Shown here: in pieces, positions 30,719 through 40,992 of the stretch | Layout: each line of letters starts with the position of its first letter | Numbering within the stretch: position 1 is the first letter of the stretch | Origin: an uncultured archaeon | Lineage (GTDB): Archaea > Thermoproteota > EX4484-205 > JAAOZP01 | Assembly (NCBI GenBank): GCA_938045545.1 | Contig: CALIBN010000012.1 | Location: 64,001-128,000, forward strand | DNA: 64,000 bases | Direction of reading: 5' to 3' | The notes under the pieces: generated by a model | What the model was told of the DNA's origin: nothing | The model's database searches: none | What the model saw: the letters and a program-made list of their open reading frames with translations, nothing else | Made by a program: the position numbers and the translations under genes

Positions 30719-32206
30719 TTAGGAGAAGAGGCGAAGCCATTTTGCAATCCGTTCCACGAGGAAAATGACTGTTTTCAAAGAGATTTTTACAAAGGGGTTT
30801 GTTTTGTTAAAGTACCATCCTGAGAGATCCTTTATCCAGTGGAGGTCATGCTTCAAGCAAGCCTTCATCACCTCCAGCTGTATCCCGGTAGGCCTAACCC
30901 TGTACCATTCCCCGTTCTTAAGAACACCCATGGGCACGAAATACATCGGTACTATCAGGCTTCTAAACCCTTTAAGCTCGTCTATAAGCTCAAGGGTTTT
31001 AACAAGGTCCTCAGGTTTCTCCTGGGGCATGCCAATTATTATTGTTGCTGCAGGCACTATTCTAGACTCGTGCATTATGGAAAAAGCCTCTTTCACGATG
31101 CCCGGCCAAGACTCCGCTGGGTAGGGAGCAGCTTTCGCAGGCATTGTTTTTTCAGCCAGCCTCGGGGACCCTGTTTCAACACCGACTTCAACCCCTATGT
31201 AGTCATGCTCATCCTGAAGAATTATTTCAGATAGGCGTGTTATGAGGGAATGATTCTCCTGGGCATACTTGATTGCAGAGAGGCTCACGTGGCTCCATCC
31301 GACAACCTTGAAAAGCCGCCTCGCCATCTGATGCAGCCTTATCAACGGTTCAGGCTTCGGCTTGACTCCGTCAGCCCCATATAGCAGAATGTCTTCAGCA
31401 TGCAGGAGACACCTGTCTAGCCCGCAAGCCTTATTCACCTGAAGCTCCTTCTCAATCATTTCAAGGGGGTACTGCCTCAAGGGTCTTAGAGTTACTGAGC
31501 AAAACCTGCATCCCCTTGGGCAGCCCCTCATTATTTCAACCAGCCCGTTTACCGAGGCATTTTTAATCGTAGGGATCTCGTTGAGCGTTGGAGCATCTTG
31601 GATGCCGACGTGCACATACCTCGGAAGAGGCTTGCCTTCAAGCACATGCTGCACGAGTGAAACCATAACCTTCTCAGCCTCTCCCTCAACAACCGTGTCC
31701 ACGCCCCATTTCTCAGCGTACTCGGGCATCCAGAGCCACTGCCACGCGGCGGGCCCGCCAACGATTATCTTAAGCCCGTTTTTCTTAGCCGCCCTTATCT
31801 CAGGCTTCTCCATAAACCTTTTGAAATACTTTGAGTTAACCGGCTCCTTCCCAGTTAGAACCCACCATTCGCTGCTCGGAGGCCCGAGCGCGAAATAATC
31901 ATGGTGACCTATTCCAAGAACCTTAGCGTTTTTCAAGTGTTTCCCAAGATAATCAGGGTCTATCACAGCGGTCTTAATGCCTGCTTCAAGCAGTGCAGCC
32001 TCTATTTTCCTAAGCCCATACGGGGCCTCTAAGGGTCTTCCTAAATCATCCACCTTCACCCTGGGGGCGGCGACAGCCATCCAAACCCTTTCCGGAACCA
32101 TAACCGGCGGACCGGTTGCTAGGAAGCCTAGAAACTCTTTACCGTGGTGGTTACTCATGAGGGTTCTGTCGACGGAAAGCACCACGTCGAAACGTTCGCC
32201 GACCAT
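30719..32206 (-). CDS. Radical SAM protein with B12-binding-like N-terminal domain
   Basis: APYGLRKIEA, IVGGP, EGEAE, RGCPRGCRFC, GVETGS. Confidence 0.92.
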   Translation of the reverse strand: MVGERFDVVLSVDRTLMSNHHGKEFLGFLATGPPVMVPERVWMAVAAPRVKVDDLGRPLEAPYGLRKIEAALLEAGIKTAVIDPDYLGKHLKNAKVLGIGHHDYFALGPPSSEWWVLTGKEPVNSKYFKRFMEKPEIRAAKKNGLKIIVGGPAAWQWLWMPEYAEKWGVDTVVEGEAEKVMVSLVQHVLEGKPLPRYVHVGIQDAPTLNEIPTIKNASVNGLVEIMRGCPRGCRFCSVTLRPLRQYPLEMIEKELQVNKACGLDRCLLHAEDILLYGADGVKPKPEPLIRLHQMARRLFKVVGWSHVSLSAIKYAQENHSLITRLSEIILQDEHDYIGVEVGVETGSPRLAEKTMPAKAAPYPAESWPGIVKEAFSIMHESRIVPAATIIIGMPQEKPEDLVKTLELIDELKGFRSLIVPMYFVPMGVLKNGEWYRVRPTGIQLEVMKACLKHDLHWIKDLSGWYFNKTNPFVKISLKTVIFLVERIAKWLRLFS

Positions 32207-32208
32207 TC

Positions 32209-32466
32209 CTACGGCACCGTTACTTCCTCATCGTAAGCCTCCGGATCCCTTTTCTCACCACTATAAACCATGATGGTTGCCCAAACGTTCTTGTTTGAAA
32301 GAGGCCTAATCGCCTCCAGAAGCTCTCTGCACTTAAACCCCTGCATGTCGATGGTTATGCTTCTGTATTTCGTAAGCAAAGGAACAAGCTTCTTAACCAA
32401 TCCTCCGGTCTCACCCAAATAATTCTCCTTCCTAACGGTAACGTGAAGCCTTTTATCGTTGCCCAT
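32209..32466 (-). CDS. Small hypothetical protein
   Basis: 85 aa ORF packed between the wHTH and radical SAM genes. Confidence 0.65.
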   Translation of the reverse strand: MGNDKRLHVTVRKENYLGETGGLVKKLVPLLTKYRSITIDMQGFKCRELLEAIRPLSNKNVWATIMVYSGEKRDPEAYDEEVTVP

Positions 32467-32877
32467 TTAAACCACCTCTTCTAGGATTTTTTCGAAACGC
32501 TGCAATACCTTGTACTTCGCGTAATCCTTGATGAACTGAGAAACCTCTTCTTCGACAAGCCTCCTGTATATTGAAATGTATTTTAAAGCGATTCGCGCAG
32601 CCTTCCTCCTGCTGAGCCTCTCCTCTAGCCTCTCCTCACTCATCTTTTCCAAAACTTTGATTACAACGCTCTCAGCCATGATTATCTTTCTCTGCCTATG
32701 TTTCGGGTCTCTGGCGATTCTTAAAACGCCTTTCCGTGAAAGATTCTGAACCTCTCTGGAAAGCACTACTCTTGATAGTTTCCCTTTAAGTCTGTCGGCC
32801 AGCCTGTTAAACGAGGTCCCGCCCGGATGGCTCGCCACTTCGTCTATTATCCTTCCCTGGATATGGGTTAAGCTCAT
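32467..32877 (-). CDS. Winged-helix transcription regulator
   Basis: TSFNRLADRL..SRVVLSREVQNLSRKGVL; ATG 32877 fits the TATA at about 32909-32916. Confidence 0.75.
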   Translation of the reverse strand: MSLTHIQGRIIDEVASHPGGTSFNRLADRLKGKLSRVVLSREVQNLSRKGVLRIARDPKHRQRKIIMAESVVIKVLEKMSEERLEERLSRRKAARIALKYISIYRRLVEEEVSQFIKDYAKYKVLQRFEKILEEVV

Positions 32878-32885
32878 CGTGAAAA

Positions 32886-32907
32886 ACCGGTACATCAATG
32901 AACCGGT
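32886..32907. promoter_or_regulatory. Palindromic operator candidate
   Basis: ACCGGTACAT-CA-ATGAACCGGT (one mismatch) between the TATA and the start codon. Confidence 0.6.
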
Positions 32908-33000
32908 ATTTAAATATATCGGTAATTATTCTGGACACTCAAGATGGTCTAGTTCGCGCCGGCCCCTGTCAATCCGTGCACACCGCCGTAATCCCTACGG

Positions 33001-34449
33001 TCAGCAGTGGAGCCTCACGACGTTTACCGAGTGAGGTTTCAATACTATGTTTATCTTTCCATCGGCTGCTTCAACCCGGGCCTGTTCTATTCTAACCCTG
33101 TCCGGCTCTTCAAGCGTATTCCTGTCCTCAGCCGATTCCCCTGCGATAAACTGTTGCACGCCGCTCTTCGGGGTAAATCCTTTGAAATCTACCTGGAGCT
33201 CAACACTGTCATCCTCACTCCTGTTTAAAACATATAGGTATAATGTCTCCCCGTCTTTCGAGATTGTTGCTGAAGCATCCAGGTAAGGTATGTATCCGCC
33301 GACATCGGTGGACATGTAGTGCTCTGAATCAACCAGTGTTCTAAGAACACTAGCACCCTTATTGTTGCTGTACATTTTGAAAACAAAGTATTGGGGTGTT
33401 AGAACCATGCGTCCATCAGAAGCAGCTATTGCAAGTGGCAGGACGTTCACAGTCTGTGCGAAATTACTTATTGGAACGATGTTACATAGTCTTTGAAGCA
33501 TATTCAGAACCCCTCCTGTGAAAACAGCATCCCTCACGCGCGTAATTTGTGTTACCAAGGGTTCCTTAGCTTCAGGATACCAGACGTTCCATTCGTCGAA
33601 GGCTATTTTTATCTCGTGCTCTATCCCGTATTTTATCCTAGCGGCTTTAATCAAGCCATAAACATTCTTAAGCTTCTGCTCAATCTCTTCCGGAAGAGCA
33701 ACCAGCTCCCCGTATGGCATGCTTCCCGAAGCATAGAAATGAACAGAAAGATAGTTGAAGTATCTCCCTGCTCCCTTAAGCATTTCAAGGTTCCACTCAG
33801 GATCTTCACACCCAACAGCCACAAGCTCTATGTCCGGGTCAACCTTAAGCATCTCGTTCGCATACTCAACAGTTCTCCTAGCGCATTCAGCACCATCCAT
33901 GCAGAACCCTATCTGCCATTTTCCGTGCAGCTCGTTACCTATACCCCAGAGTTTGACACGGTAAGGCTCCTCATGGCCATACTCGCGTCTTAGGGAAGAA
34001 TAGTATGTGTTCATGTTCGAATTACAGTATTCAACCCATCGCGCAGCCTCCTCAGGCGTCCCGTTTCCAGCGTTTACAACTATGAACGGCTCCGCACCTA
34101 TCAGCCTACACCACTCTATGAACTCGTCCGTGCCGAAAAGATTAGGCTCCTCAGCTCTCCACGCCATGTCGAAACGCCTCGGCCTCCGGCTTAATGGTCC
34201 AACACCATCCTCCCAGTGATAGCCGCTTGCAAAATTTCCACCGGGCCACCTTACGAGAGGAGTATTCAAATCTTTAACAGCTTTTAGAACATCAAGACGA
34301 TAACCCTTCACATTAGGTATTTCAGAATCCCTGCCCACCCAGATGCCTCCGTAGATACACTTACCCAAGTGTTCAATAAACTGGCCGTAGCATCTCTTGC
34401 TAAGAGTCCCGACCGGCGTCGTTGCGTCAACAATCACCCTGCCCTTCAA
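33001..34449 (-). CDS. abfA: GH51 alpha-L-arabinofuranosidase
   Basis: YGQFIEHLG, RWPGGNF, FGTDEF, WGIGNE, AFDEWNVWY. Confidence 0.95.
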   Translation of the reverse strand: MKGRVIVDATTPVGTLSKRCYGQFIEHLGKCIYGGIWVGRDSEIPNVKGYRLDVLKAVKDLNTPLVRWPGGNFASGYHWEDGVGPLSRRPRRFDMAWRAEEPNLFGTDEFIEWCRLIGAEPFIVVNAGNGTPEEAARWVEYCNSNMNTYYSSLRREYGHEEPYRVKLWGIGNELHGKWQIGFCMDGAECARRTVEYANEMLKVDPDIELVAVGCEDPEWNLEMLKGAGRYFNYLSVHFYASGSMPYGELVALPEEIEQKLKNVYGLIKAARIKYGIEHEIKIAFDEWNVWYPEAKEPLVTQITRVRDAVFTGGVLNMLQRLCNIVPISNFAQTVNVLPLAIAASDGRMVLTPQYFVFKMYSNNKGASVLRTLVDSEHYMSTDVGGYIPYLDASATISKDGETLYLYVLNRSEDDSVELQVDFKGFTPKSGVQQFIAGESAEDRNTLEEPDRVRIEQARVEAADGKINIVLKPHSVNVVRLHC

Positions 34450-34548
34450 TCCTATTCACCCTGTAAATAGAGCCATAGTAATCTAATAAAGGTATTTTTC
34501 AGACTGCTCGATAATGATCTGGAAATGGAATACCCGGCGGGCTTCACT

Positions 34549-35187
34549 CTAGAATGTTTTAGATTCGAAGTATTTCTCCAAAAGTTTACGGATACCGCTC
34601 CTAGTTATCTCCGAGAAGGTTGAAGGAACTATTCCAAGTGTTTTCGCAAGCTCCCTGGTGCCGATTTTCCTGGGAGTGTCGAAGTAGCCCATTTTCAAGG
34701 AAAGCCAGAGCACGTTCTCCTGCTTCTCGGTTAAAACATCCTCCTTATGCTCATGCTTCGTTAAACCGAGAATTCTATACTTAAACCCTAGGGACTCAAG
34801 GGTCGTTAGTATTTGCTTAAAGACCTCGTAGCCTGGTGCTATGAACTCGTAGATCATCCGGTATCCCTCTACGTGCCTGCCTGAAATAAGGAAGGCGCCT
34901 TGAGAAAGCATCGTGTTGCAGACGTTACATCCCTCTGTTTTGAAGGAAGCGAGCACGGAGCCCTTAGAGCTTTTCAGAACCCTAAGATTCTCCCCAGAGG
35001 TCTTTCGGAGCTCGCTGGCAGGGAACCGGACCAGGTGTCTCACAGAGCCCTCAGGCAGCCTTCTAACGTCGATAAGCTTGCAATCGTTAATGCCAAGCTT
35101 CGACATGAGCTCCAACCCTTTGCACTGGCTGTTCTCAACTTCGATAGTCGCATAGTACATTGCTTGTTCAAGAGCCATCCGGTCCAC
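34549..35187 (-). CDS. HTH_10 (Bat-type) transcription regulator
   Basis: LTEKQ..MGYFDTPRK..ELAKTLGI..TFSE. Confidence 0.9.
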   Translation of the reverse strand: MDRMALEQAMYYATIEVENSQCKGLELMSKLGINDCKLIDVRRLPEGSVRHLVRFPASELRKTSGENLRVLKSSKGSVLASFKTEGCNVCNTMLSQGAFLISGRHVEGYRMIYEFIAPGYEVFKQILTTLESLGFKYRILGLTKHEHKEDVLTEKQENVLWLSLKMGYFDTPRKIGTRELAKTLGIVPSTFSEITRSGIRKLLEKYFESKTF

Positions 35188-35300
35188 CTTTCCTGTAGGA
35201 TAGCTGTCCGATTAATATTAAAACCTATCTGGCCGGGTAAAAGGTTTTCTTCGGCATCGAGTTTATCTTTAAATAGGCATGCCAGAAGCATAGGCGTCAG

Positions 35301-35969
35301 ATGCTGAAAACCCTGCTTGACGCCCAGCAATTCTTAGAATGGATGGAGCGGCTTGCCTACCAATATGGATACTTAGGGGTATTCTTCCTGTCCTTCATCG
35401 GAGCCGTTTCTGTAGTCTTCCCAATACCCTATACCGTCGTGATCTACCTGATGGGTTCCGTGATAGATCCTCTTCTGATAGCCGTCTCAGGAGGCTTAGG
35501 CTCTGCCTTCGGAGAGCTAGCCGGCTACGCCCTAGGATACTACGGCAGGATGCTGATAGGCGAGGAGCGTAGGAGGAAGATGGATTACATGCTTAAGATA
35601 TTCGACCGTTACGGTGTTGCAGCAATATTCCTGTTCGCCCTAACCCCTCTGCCTGACGACCTGCTGATAATCCCGCTTGGCATAATGCGCTACAACCCGG
35701 TTAAGTTTCTCATACCGTGCATCCTGGGTAAAACCCTGATGTGTTTCATACTGGCGCTCGGAGGAAGGTTTTCGGTAAGCCTGATTAAAAGTCTTTTCGG
35801 CGGGGAGGGAGGATGGGCTGCAACCCTAGTGACTTTTGTGCTTCTAGCGGGAGTAATAATGTTGATGATGAAGATAGACTGGGAGGAAATCTTCTTCAAA
35901 TACGTTGAGAAGCAGGGTAAAGCGGGGTCAAAACAATTAAATAAGGGGTTTGGAGCCACTACTGTTTAA
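35301..35969 (+). CDS. DedA/VTT (SNARE-associated) membrane protein
   Basis: YGYLGVF, FPIPY, GELAGYALG, FALTPLPDD. Confidence 0.9.
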   Translation: MLKTLLDAQQFLEWMERLAYQYGYLGVFFLSFIGAVSVVFPIPYTVVIYLMGSVIDPLLIAVSGGLGSAFGELAGYALGYYGRMLIGEERRRKMDYMLKIFDRYGVAAIFLFALTPLPDDLLIIPLGIMRYNPVKFLIPCILGKTLMCFILALGGRFSVSLIKSLFGGEGGWAATLVTFVLLAGVIMLMMKIDWEEIFFKYVEKQGKAGSKQLNKGFGATTV

Positions 35970-36877
35970 TGGAAAACTTTGAAAAAGAATACTGGCTTGA
36001 GGTTGAACTGCAACACCCTAAAGGATGGGTGTTAGCAGCGGAGTCAGGGGGGATGTTAGACGGGTATTTCCGGGTAGACTCGAAAACCGCGGTTAAGCTT
36101 GAGGTAAAGTGGGAGAAACAGGCTTCTGACAGGAGGGCGAAGGCGAAAGTGCAACCGATGGTTGTGATAAACAAGTTTATCGAAGACTATATGACGCGGG
36201 CTAAGAGAAAAGGGAAGGCTGAAGTATATGAGCGGGGGAGTGCAAGGATCTGCGAGCACAACGCTTACTTCGCAAGATGGCGGGATGTTGGCGACATAGT
36301 TACCCTCTCTTGGGTGTGTGAAGACGAGAAAAAGGTTTTCCTTCTCAACTATTATCTGGAGCCGGGTGAGAAATGGGAGGATGTTGCAAGCTGGCTGATC
36401 CCAGGGTTTGTATGCCATACTTCGGAAAAATTCTGGCGGTACCGTCTGATTGGCGTGGAGTTCAAAGTGCCTAAGGGGTATGCTCTTCAAACAAGGAAGC
36501 TTCTACTCGGTAAGCCGATAGTCGTTTTCAAAGCAGGGGGGAAAACACTGCTGATCCACTGGTCTACTTTCGCCAGAGAAACCCTTGCTAAGTATAAGAA
36601 CCTTGTCGAATGGGCGAAGAAGGAGGTTCCGAAAGAAGTCGGCAGCATCATGAAGGGGTTGAAATACGATAAGCTTAAGCCCGAGGAGGAGACGGGGAAA
36701 ATGATGCTGGAGGAAACGGAGCGAACATTCTTCAGCGGCAAGACGACTGTTAAAACGTTAAGGATTTGGCATGACTCGGATTCGAACAGAATATTCTTAA
36801 CAGGCTACACCGGCCCCAGGGAAAACATGATCGACCTAGAGGAGCTTGAGAAAAGCATAGTGTTTAAGCCGGAATAG
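35969..36877 (+). CDS. Hypothetical two-domain soluble protein
   Basis: 302 aa; two beta-rich halves starting HPKGW and VPKGY. Confidence 0.75.
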   Translation: MENFEKEYWLEVELQHPKGWVLAAESGGMLDGYFRVDSKTAVKLEVKWEKQASDRRAKAKVQPMVVINKFIEDYMTRAKRKGKAEVYERGSARICEHNAYFARWRDVGDIVTLSWVCEDEKKVFLLNYYLEPGEKWEDVASWLIPGFVCHTSEKFWRYRLIGVEFKVPKGYALQTRKLLLGKPIVVFKAGGKTLLIHWSTFARETLAKYKNLVEWAKKEVPKEVGSIMKGLKYDKLKPEEETGKMMLEETERTFFSGKTTVKTLRIWHDSDSNRIFLTGYTGPRENMIDLEELEKSIVFKPE

Positions 36878-36887
36878 GTGAACAGAG

Positions 36888-37424
36888 ATGCCGCTTTTCG
36901 GAAAAAAGAAGGAGCCCCCGAGGGTTTCGCCGGGAAGGCTGTACAGGAGCATACCCATCGTAAACCCGAGGGTTAAGCACGAGGAGGATGCTGACGGCAT
37001 CGTCACGATCCTTATCCCCGTCCCGACGGGCGACCCTAAAAAGCCCGAGAGAACGGCGAGGATAAAGCTCGACGCGATAGGGAGCAAGGTTTGGAAGAGA
37101 ATAGACGGGAAAACCGCGCTGAACGAAATGGTTCAGTGGATGAAGCAGGAATTCATGCTGACCGAGAGGGAGGCGGAGGTCTCGCTATCCATGTTCATGA
37201 AGAGCCTTGTAGACAAAAAACTTGTGGCACTTGCCCTGCCGCCGCCGACGCCTGGAACACCTGAGGTTCAGGAGGAAATAGAGAGAATAAGGTTTGAAAT
37301 AGAGGAGCTTGAAAAAGCCTTTAGAAAGAAGAAGGTGGATGAGAAAACCTTCAGAGAGCTTAAAGAGAAATACGAACAAGCCATCAGGGAGCTTAAGGAG
37401 AAAGAAGCCGGCGGAGATTCTTGA
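36888..37424 (+). CDS. PqqD/RRE-family protein with C-terminal coiled coil
   Basis: LDAIGSKVWKRIDGKTALNEMV..FMKSLVDKKLV. Confidence 0.8.
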   Translation: MPLFGKKKEPPRVSPGRLYRSIPIVNPRVKHEEDADGIVTILIPVPTGDPKKPERTARIKLDAIGSKVWKRIDGKTALNEMVQWMKQEFMLTEREAEVSLSMFMKSLVDKKLVALALPPPTPGTPEVQEEIERIRFEIEELEKAFRKKKVDEKTFRELKEKYEQAIRELKEKEAGGDS

Positions 37425-37521
37425 AGCCAGCCTACATGTTTTAGCAACAATCCTACGCTTCCCTATTGTAAGAGTCGCGCATGCTTGGTAATAGCATGCT
37501 TTTAAAGGAGTAGGCAATAAT

Positions 37522-37546
37522 ATGATTTAGGCATGCACTAAATCAT
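37522..37546. promoter_or_regulatory. Inverted repeat upstream of the carB promoter
   Basis: ATGATTTAG-N7-CTAAATCAT just 5' of TTTAAATA (about 37556). Confidence 0.55.
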
Positions 37547-37719
37547 CTGGAAACGTTTAAATAGTGTGAAATCCCTTTTCCTTCTCCTCAGATACTTCAG
37601 TGGCGAAACCAATACGAGGAAGCGGAAGAATAGGCGTAAGCAGGTTTTCAGCAATATGTATTCATTTCTCTTGCGCAGGGATTTTTCTTGAAGCCTATTG
37701 GGTTAAGAGGTGTTTTTAA

Positions 37720-40700
37720 ATGCCTAGGATGAGTAACATAAGAAGAGCGCTCGTCATAGGAAGCGGGGGAATCGTTATTGCTCAAGCAGCGGAATTCGAT
37801 TACAGCGGAAGCCAGGCTTTGAAGGCTTTGAAGGAGGAGGGTATAGAGACGGTGATCGTGAACCCGAATATTGCGACGATTCAGACGAGCAGGAGGATGG
37901 CTGACAAGGTGTATCTTGAGCCGTTAACCGTTAAATCGGTTTCAAGAATAATCGAGAAGGAGAGGGTTGACGGTATTCTGCTTGGCTTCGGGGGTCAGAC
38001 GGCTCTCAACCTTGGCATAGGCCTGCATGAGGCAGGTGTCTTAGACAAGTATGGTGTTAAAGTATTGGGGTGCTCCATTGAAACCATTAGGATGGCTGAG
38101 GACAGGGACCTGTTTAGGAGGGCCATGTGGGAGATAGGTTTGGAGGTTCCTCCGAGCAGTATTGCAAGAACCCCGGAGGAGGCGATCGAAGCCTCGGAGA
38201 GCCTGGGTTTTCCGCTTCTCGTCAGAACCTCTTTCACGCTCGGGGGTCAGAGCTCAGGCATAGCTAGGAACCCGAGTGAGCTTTACGATGCGGTTTCAAA
38301 GGCTTTGAAATGGAGCATTAACGGGGAGGTTTTGATAGAGAGGTCCTACTACGGGTGGAAGGAGCTTGAATACGAGTATATGAGGGACTACTATGGGAAC
38401 AGTGTTTCAGTCGCGACTATGGAGGGTTTCGACCCTCTAGGCGTCCACACGGGTGAGAAAATAGTTGTGGTTCCGATTCAGACGCTTACTAACAAGGAGT
38501 ACCATAGGCTTAGGGAGGCTGGCCTCAGAATCGTGGATAAGCTTGGAATAGTTGGAGAGTGCAACATTCAGTTCGGCTTGAATCCTGAAAACGGGGATCT
38601 CATCGTCGTCGAGGTCAACCCGAGGCTTTCAAGGTCTAGCGCGCTGGCGTCTAAGGCCACCGGCTATCCTCTGGCATACCTTGCAGCGAAGCTCGCCCTA
38701 GGATACCGGATAGAGGAGCTTACGAACAAAGTTACTGGAGTTACGAAGGCTAGTTTCGAGCCGGCACTGGACTATGTGGTTGTAAAGATCCCCCGGTGGG
38801 ATTTCAAAAAGTTCGGGAACGTTGATAGAACCATAGGAACCATGATGAAATCGGTGGGCGAGGTGATGGCCATTGGCAGGACCTTTGAAGAAGCCTTGCA
38901 GAAGGCTGTCAGAATGCTTCAGGTAGGCAGGGTCGGCGTAGTGGGGAATGAGGGCGAGGAAGACGGGGTTCCATCCGATTTAACGGAGTTTCTTAAGCCG
39001 AGTGATGAGAGGCTTTTCAACATCGTCAGGGCGTTGAAGGCTGGTGTTAGCGTAGACGAGATAAGCAGTGTGACGGGCATAGACAAATGGTTTCTCTACA
39101 GAATACTGAGCATAATCCGTGTTGACTCTGAGCTCAAATCCCTCCGTGGTGTGAAGGATGAGGAAGAGATCGTTGAGAAGATTAAGGAGGCTAAGAGGCT
39201 TGGCTTCTCAGACGTTCAGATAGCAAGAAGGCTCGGGTGGAGCGAAGACGAGGTTAGGAGTTTCAGGATTAAACATGGTGTCAAACCAGTATTCAAACTG
39301 ATAGACACGATGGCTGCTGAATGGGAGTCGGTTACAAACTATCTTTACGCTACCTATGGGGACGAGGCCAATGATGTTTCAGAAACCACTGGCAGAAGGA
39401 AGGTGGTGATTCTTGGAGCTGGGACGAACAGGATTGGGAGCAGCGTCGAGTTTGACTATTGCACGATGCACACCGTATGGTCTATGAAGGAGGAGGGTTT
39501 CGACGAGGCTATCGTCGTTAACAATAATCCTGAAACAGTCTCCACGGACTACGACATGTCGGATAAGCTGTATTTCGAAGAACTGTCGTTTGAAAGAGTT
39601 ATGGATATTGTGGAGGCTGAGAAGCCTGAGGGCGTTGTAGTGACTATGGGCGGGCAGGATCCGATCAACATTAGCCAAAAACTCTATGAGCATGGTGTTA
39701 GAATCCTTGGAACATCTCCGCTTAGCATAGATTTCGCTGAGGACAGGGCTAAGTTCAGCCTCCTGCTTGATAATCTAGGCATAAAGCAACCGGTCTGGAC
39801 AAGAGTGACCAGCATGGAGGAGGCTGTTGCGAAAGCAAGGGAGATAGGATACCCTGTTCTAATAAGGCCTTCCTACGTGCTGTCTGGGGCTGCGATGAAC
39901 GTTGCTGCAAACGAGGAGGAGCTTGTAGAATATATTCGCAACGCAACCAGAATATCCCCGGAGCACTCCGTGGTCATAAGCAAGTTTTTTGAGCAGGCTT
40001 ATGAAGCGGAGGTTGACGCTGTTAGTGACGGCGAGGAGGTTTTCATAGGCGGGGTGATGGAGCACCTGGAGTATGCTGGAACACACAGCGGAGACGCTAC
40101 CATCGTCCTCCCACCGCAGAGGCTTACTGAAGACATTGTTGAAAAGATTAAGGATTACACTGTTAGAATTGCGAAGGAGCTCCGGATAATCGGGGCTTTT
40201 AACATACAGTACTTGGTTAAGGGTTCGGAGGTCTACGTGATAGAGGCCAACGTTAGAGCCAGTAGAACCATGCCTTTCGTAAGCAAGACGAGGGGCATCC
40301 CACTCATATGGCTTGCAGGAAAGCTTATTGCTAGGCGGAAGCTTAGCGAGTTTAAAGATTCGCTGAAGTACAACAGTAGGACGATCGGCGTTAAAGTACC
40401 TGTCTTCTCGTTCGTCAGGCTTAAAGGAGCCGATCCTGTTCTAGGCGTTGAAATGAGGTCGACTGGCGAAGTAGCGTGCATAGGCTACAACTTCATAAAT
40501 ACTTTCATCCGGGCCTGGGAGTCTTCAGGTCTAAGACTACCGTCTAAAAACGACATCATATTCATAACGGTTAGAGACGAGGATAAGCCTAAGGCTTTAA
40601 AACTAGCTTTAAACCTTAAAGAAATGGGGTTCACAATAGCCGCCACTCGACGAACAAGGGACTTTCTGGTTTCTAACGGTTTGAACGACGTGGTGCTGGT

Positions 40701-40992
40701 TAGGAGGCTTAGCGAGAAGTCTGATGACGGAGTAGACGCGACAAGTTTCCTCGCAAGCGGGAGAATAGGCATGGTAGTAAACACTCCAGACCCCAAGGAT
40801 AAGAGTACTCTTGAAGACATGTATACGATAAGGAGGACGGCTGTAGAATTCGCTATACCCGTGATCACAAGCCTCGAGGTTGCGGAGAAGATTGTTGAAG
40901 CAATACGTTTCAAAAACAATAATGGCGGCGAGCAGGAGCCGTATTCTTTAGACGAGTACCACCGTGACCTGCCTCTGTCAATATACGTTTAG
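37720..40992 (+). CDS. carB: Carbamoyl-phosphate synthase large subunit
   Basis: AEFDYSGSQA, EVNPRLSRSSALASKATGYP, NNNPETVSTDYD, C-terminal MGS domain. Confidence 0.98.
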   Translation: MPRMSNIRRALVIGSGGIVIAQAAEFDYSGSQALKALKEEGIETVIVNPNIATIQTSRRMADKVYLEPLTVKSVSRIIEKERVDGILLGFGGQTALNLGIGLHEAGVLDKYGVKVLGCSIETIRMAEDRDLFRRAMWEIGLEVPPSSIARTPEEAIEASESLGFPLLVRTSFTLGGQSSGIARNPSELYDAVSKALKWSINGEVLIERSYYGWKELEYEYMRDYYGNSVSVATMEGFDPLGVHTGEKIVVVPIQTLTNKEYHRLREAGLRIVDKLGIVGECNIQFGLNPENGDLIVVEVNPRLSRSSALASKATGYPLAYLAAKLALGYRIEELTNKVTGVTKASFEPALDYVVVKIPRWDFKKFGNVDRTIGTMMKSVGEVMAIGRTFEEALQKAVRMLQVGRVGVVGNEGEEDGVPSDLTEFLKPSDERLFNIVRALKAGVSVDEISSVTGIDKWFLYRILSIIRVDSELKSLRGVKDEEEIVEKIKEAKRLGFSDVQIARRLGWSEDEVRSFRIKHGVKPVFKLIDTMAAEWESVTNYLYATYGDEANDVSETTGRRKVVILGAGTNRIGSSVEFDYCTMHTVWSMKEEGFDEAIVVNNNPETVSTDYDMSDKLYFEELSFERVMDIVEAEKPEGVVVTMGGQDPINISQKLYEHGVRILGTSPLSIDFAEDRAKFSLLLDNLGIKQPVWTRVTSMEEAVAKAREIGYPVLIRPSYVLSGAAMNVAANEEELVEYIRNATRISPEHSVVISKFFEQAYEAEVDAVSDGEEVFIGGVMEHLEYAGTHSGDATIVLPPQRLTEDIVEKIKDYTVRIAKELRIIGAFNIQYLVKGSEVYVIEANVRASRTMPFVSKTRGIPLIWLAGKLIARRKLSEFKDSLKYNSRTIGVKVPVFSFVRLKGADPVLGVEMRSTGEVACIGYNFINTFIRAWESSGLRLPSKNDIIFITVRDEDKPKALKLALNLKEMGFTIAATRRTRDFLVSNGLNDVVLVRRLSEKSDDGVDATSFLASGRIGMVVNTPDPKDKSTLEDMYTIRRTAVEFAIPVITSLEVAEKIVEAIRFKNNNGGEQEPYSLDEYHRDLPLSIYV

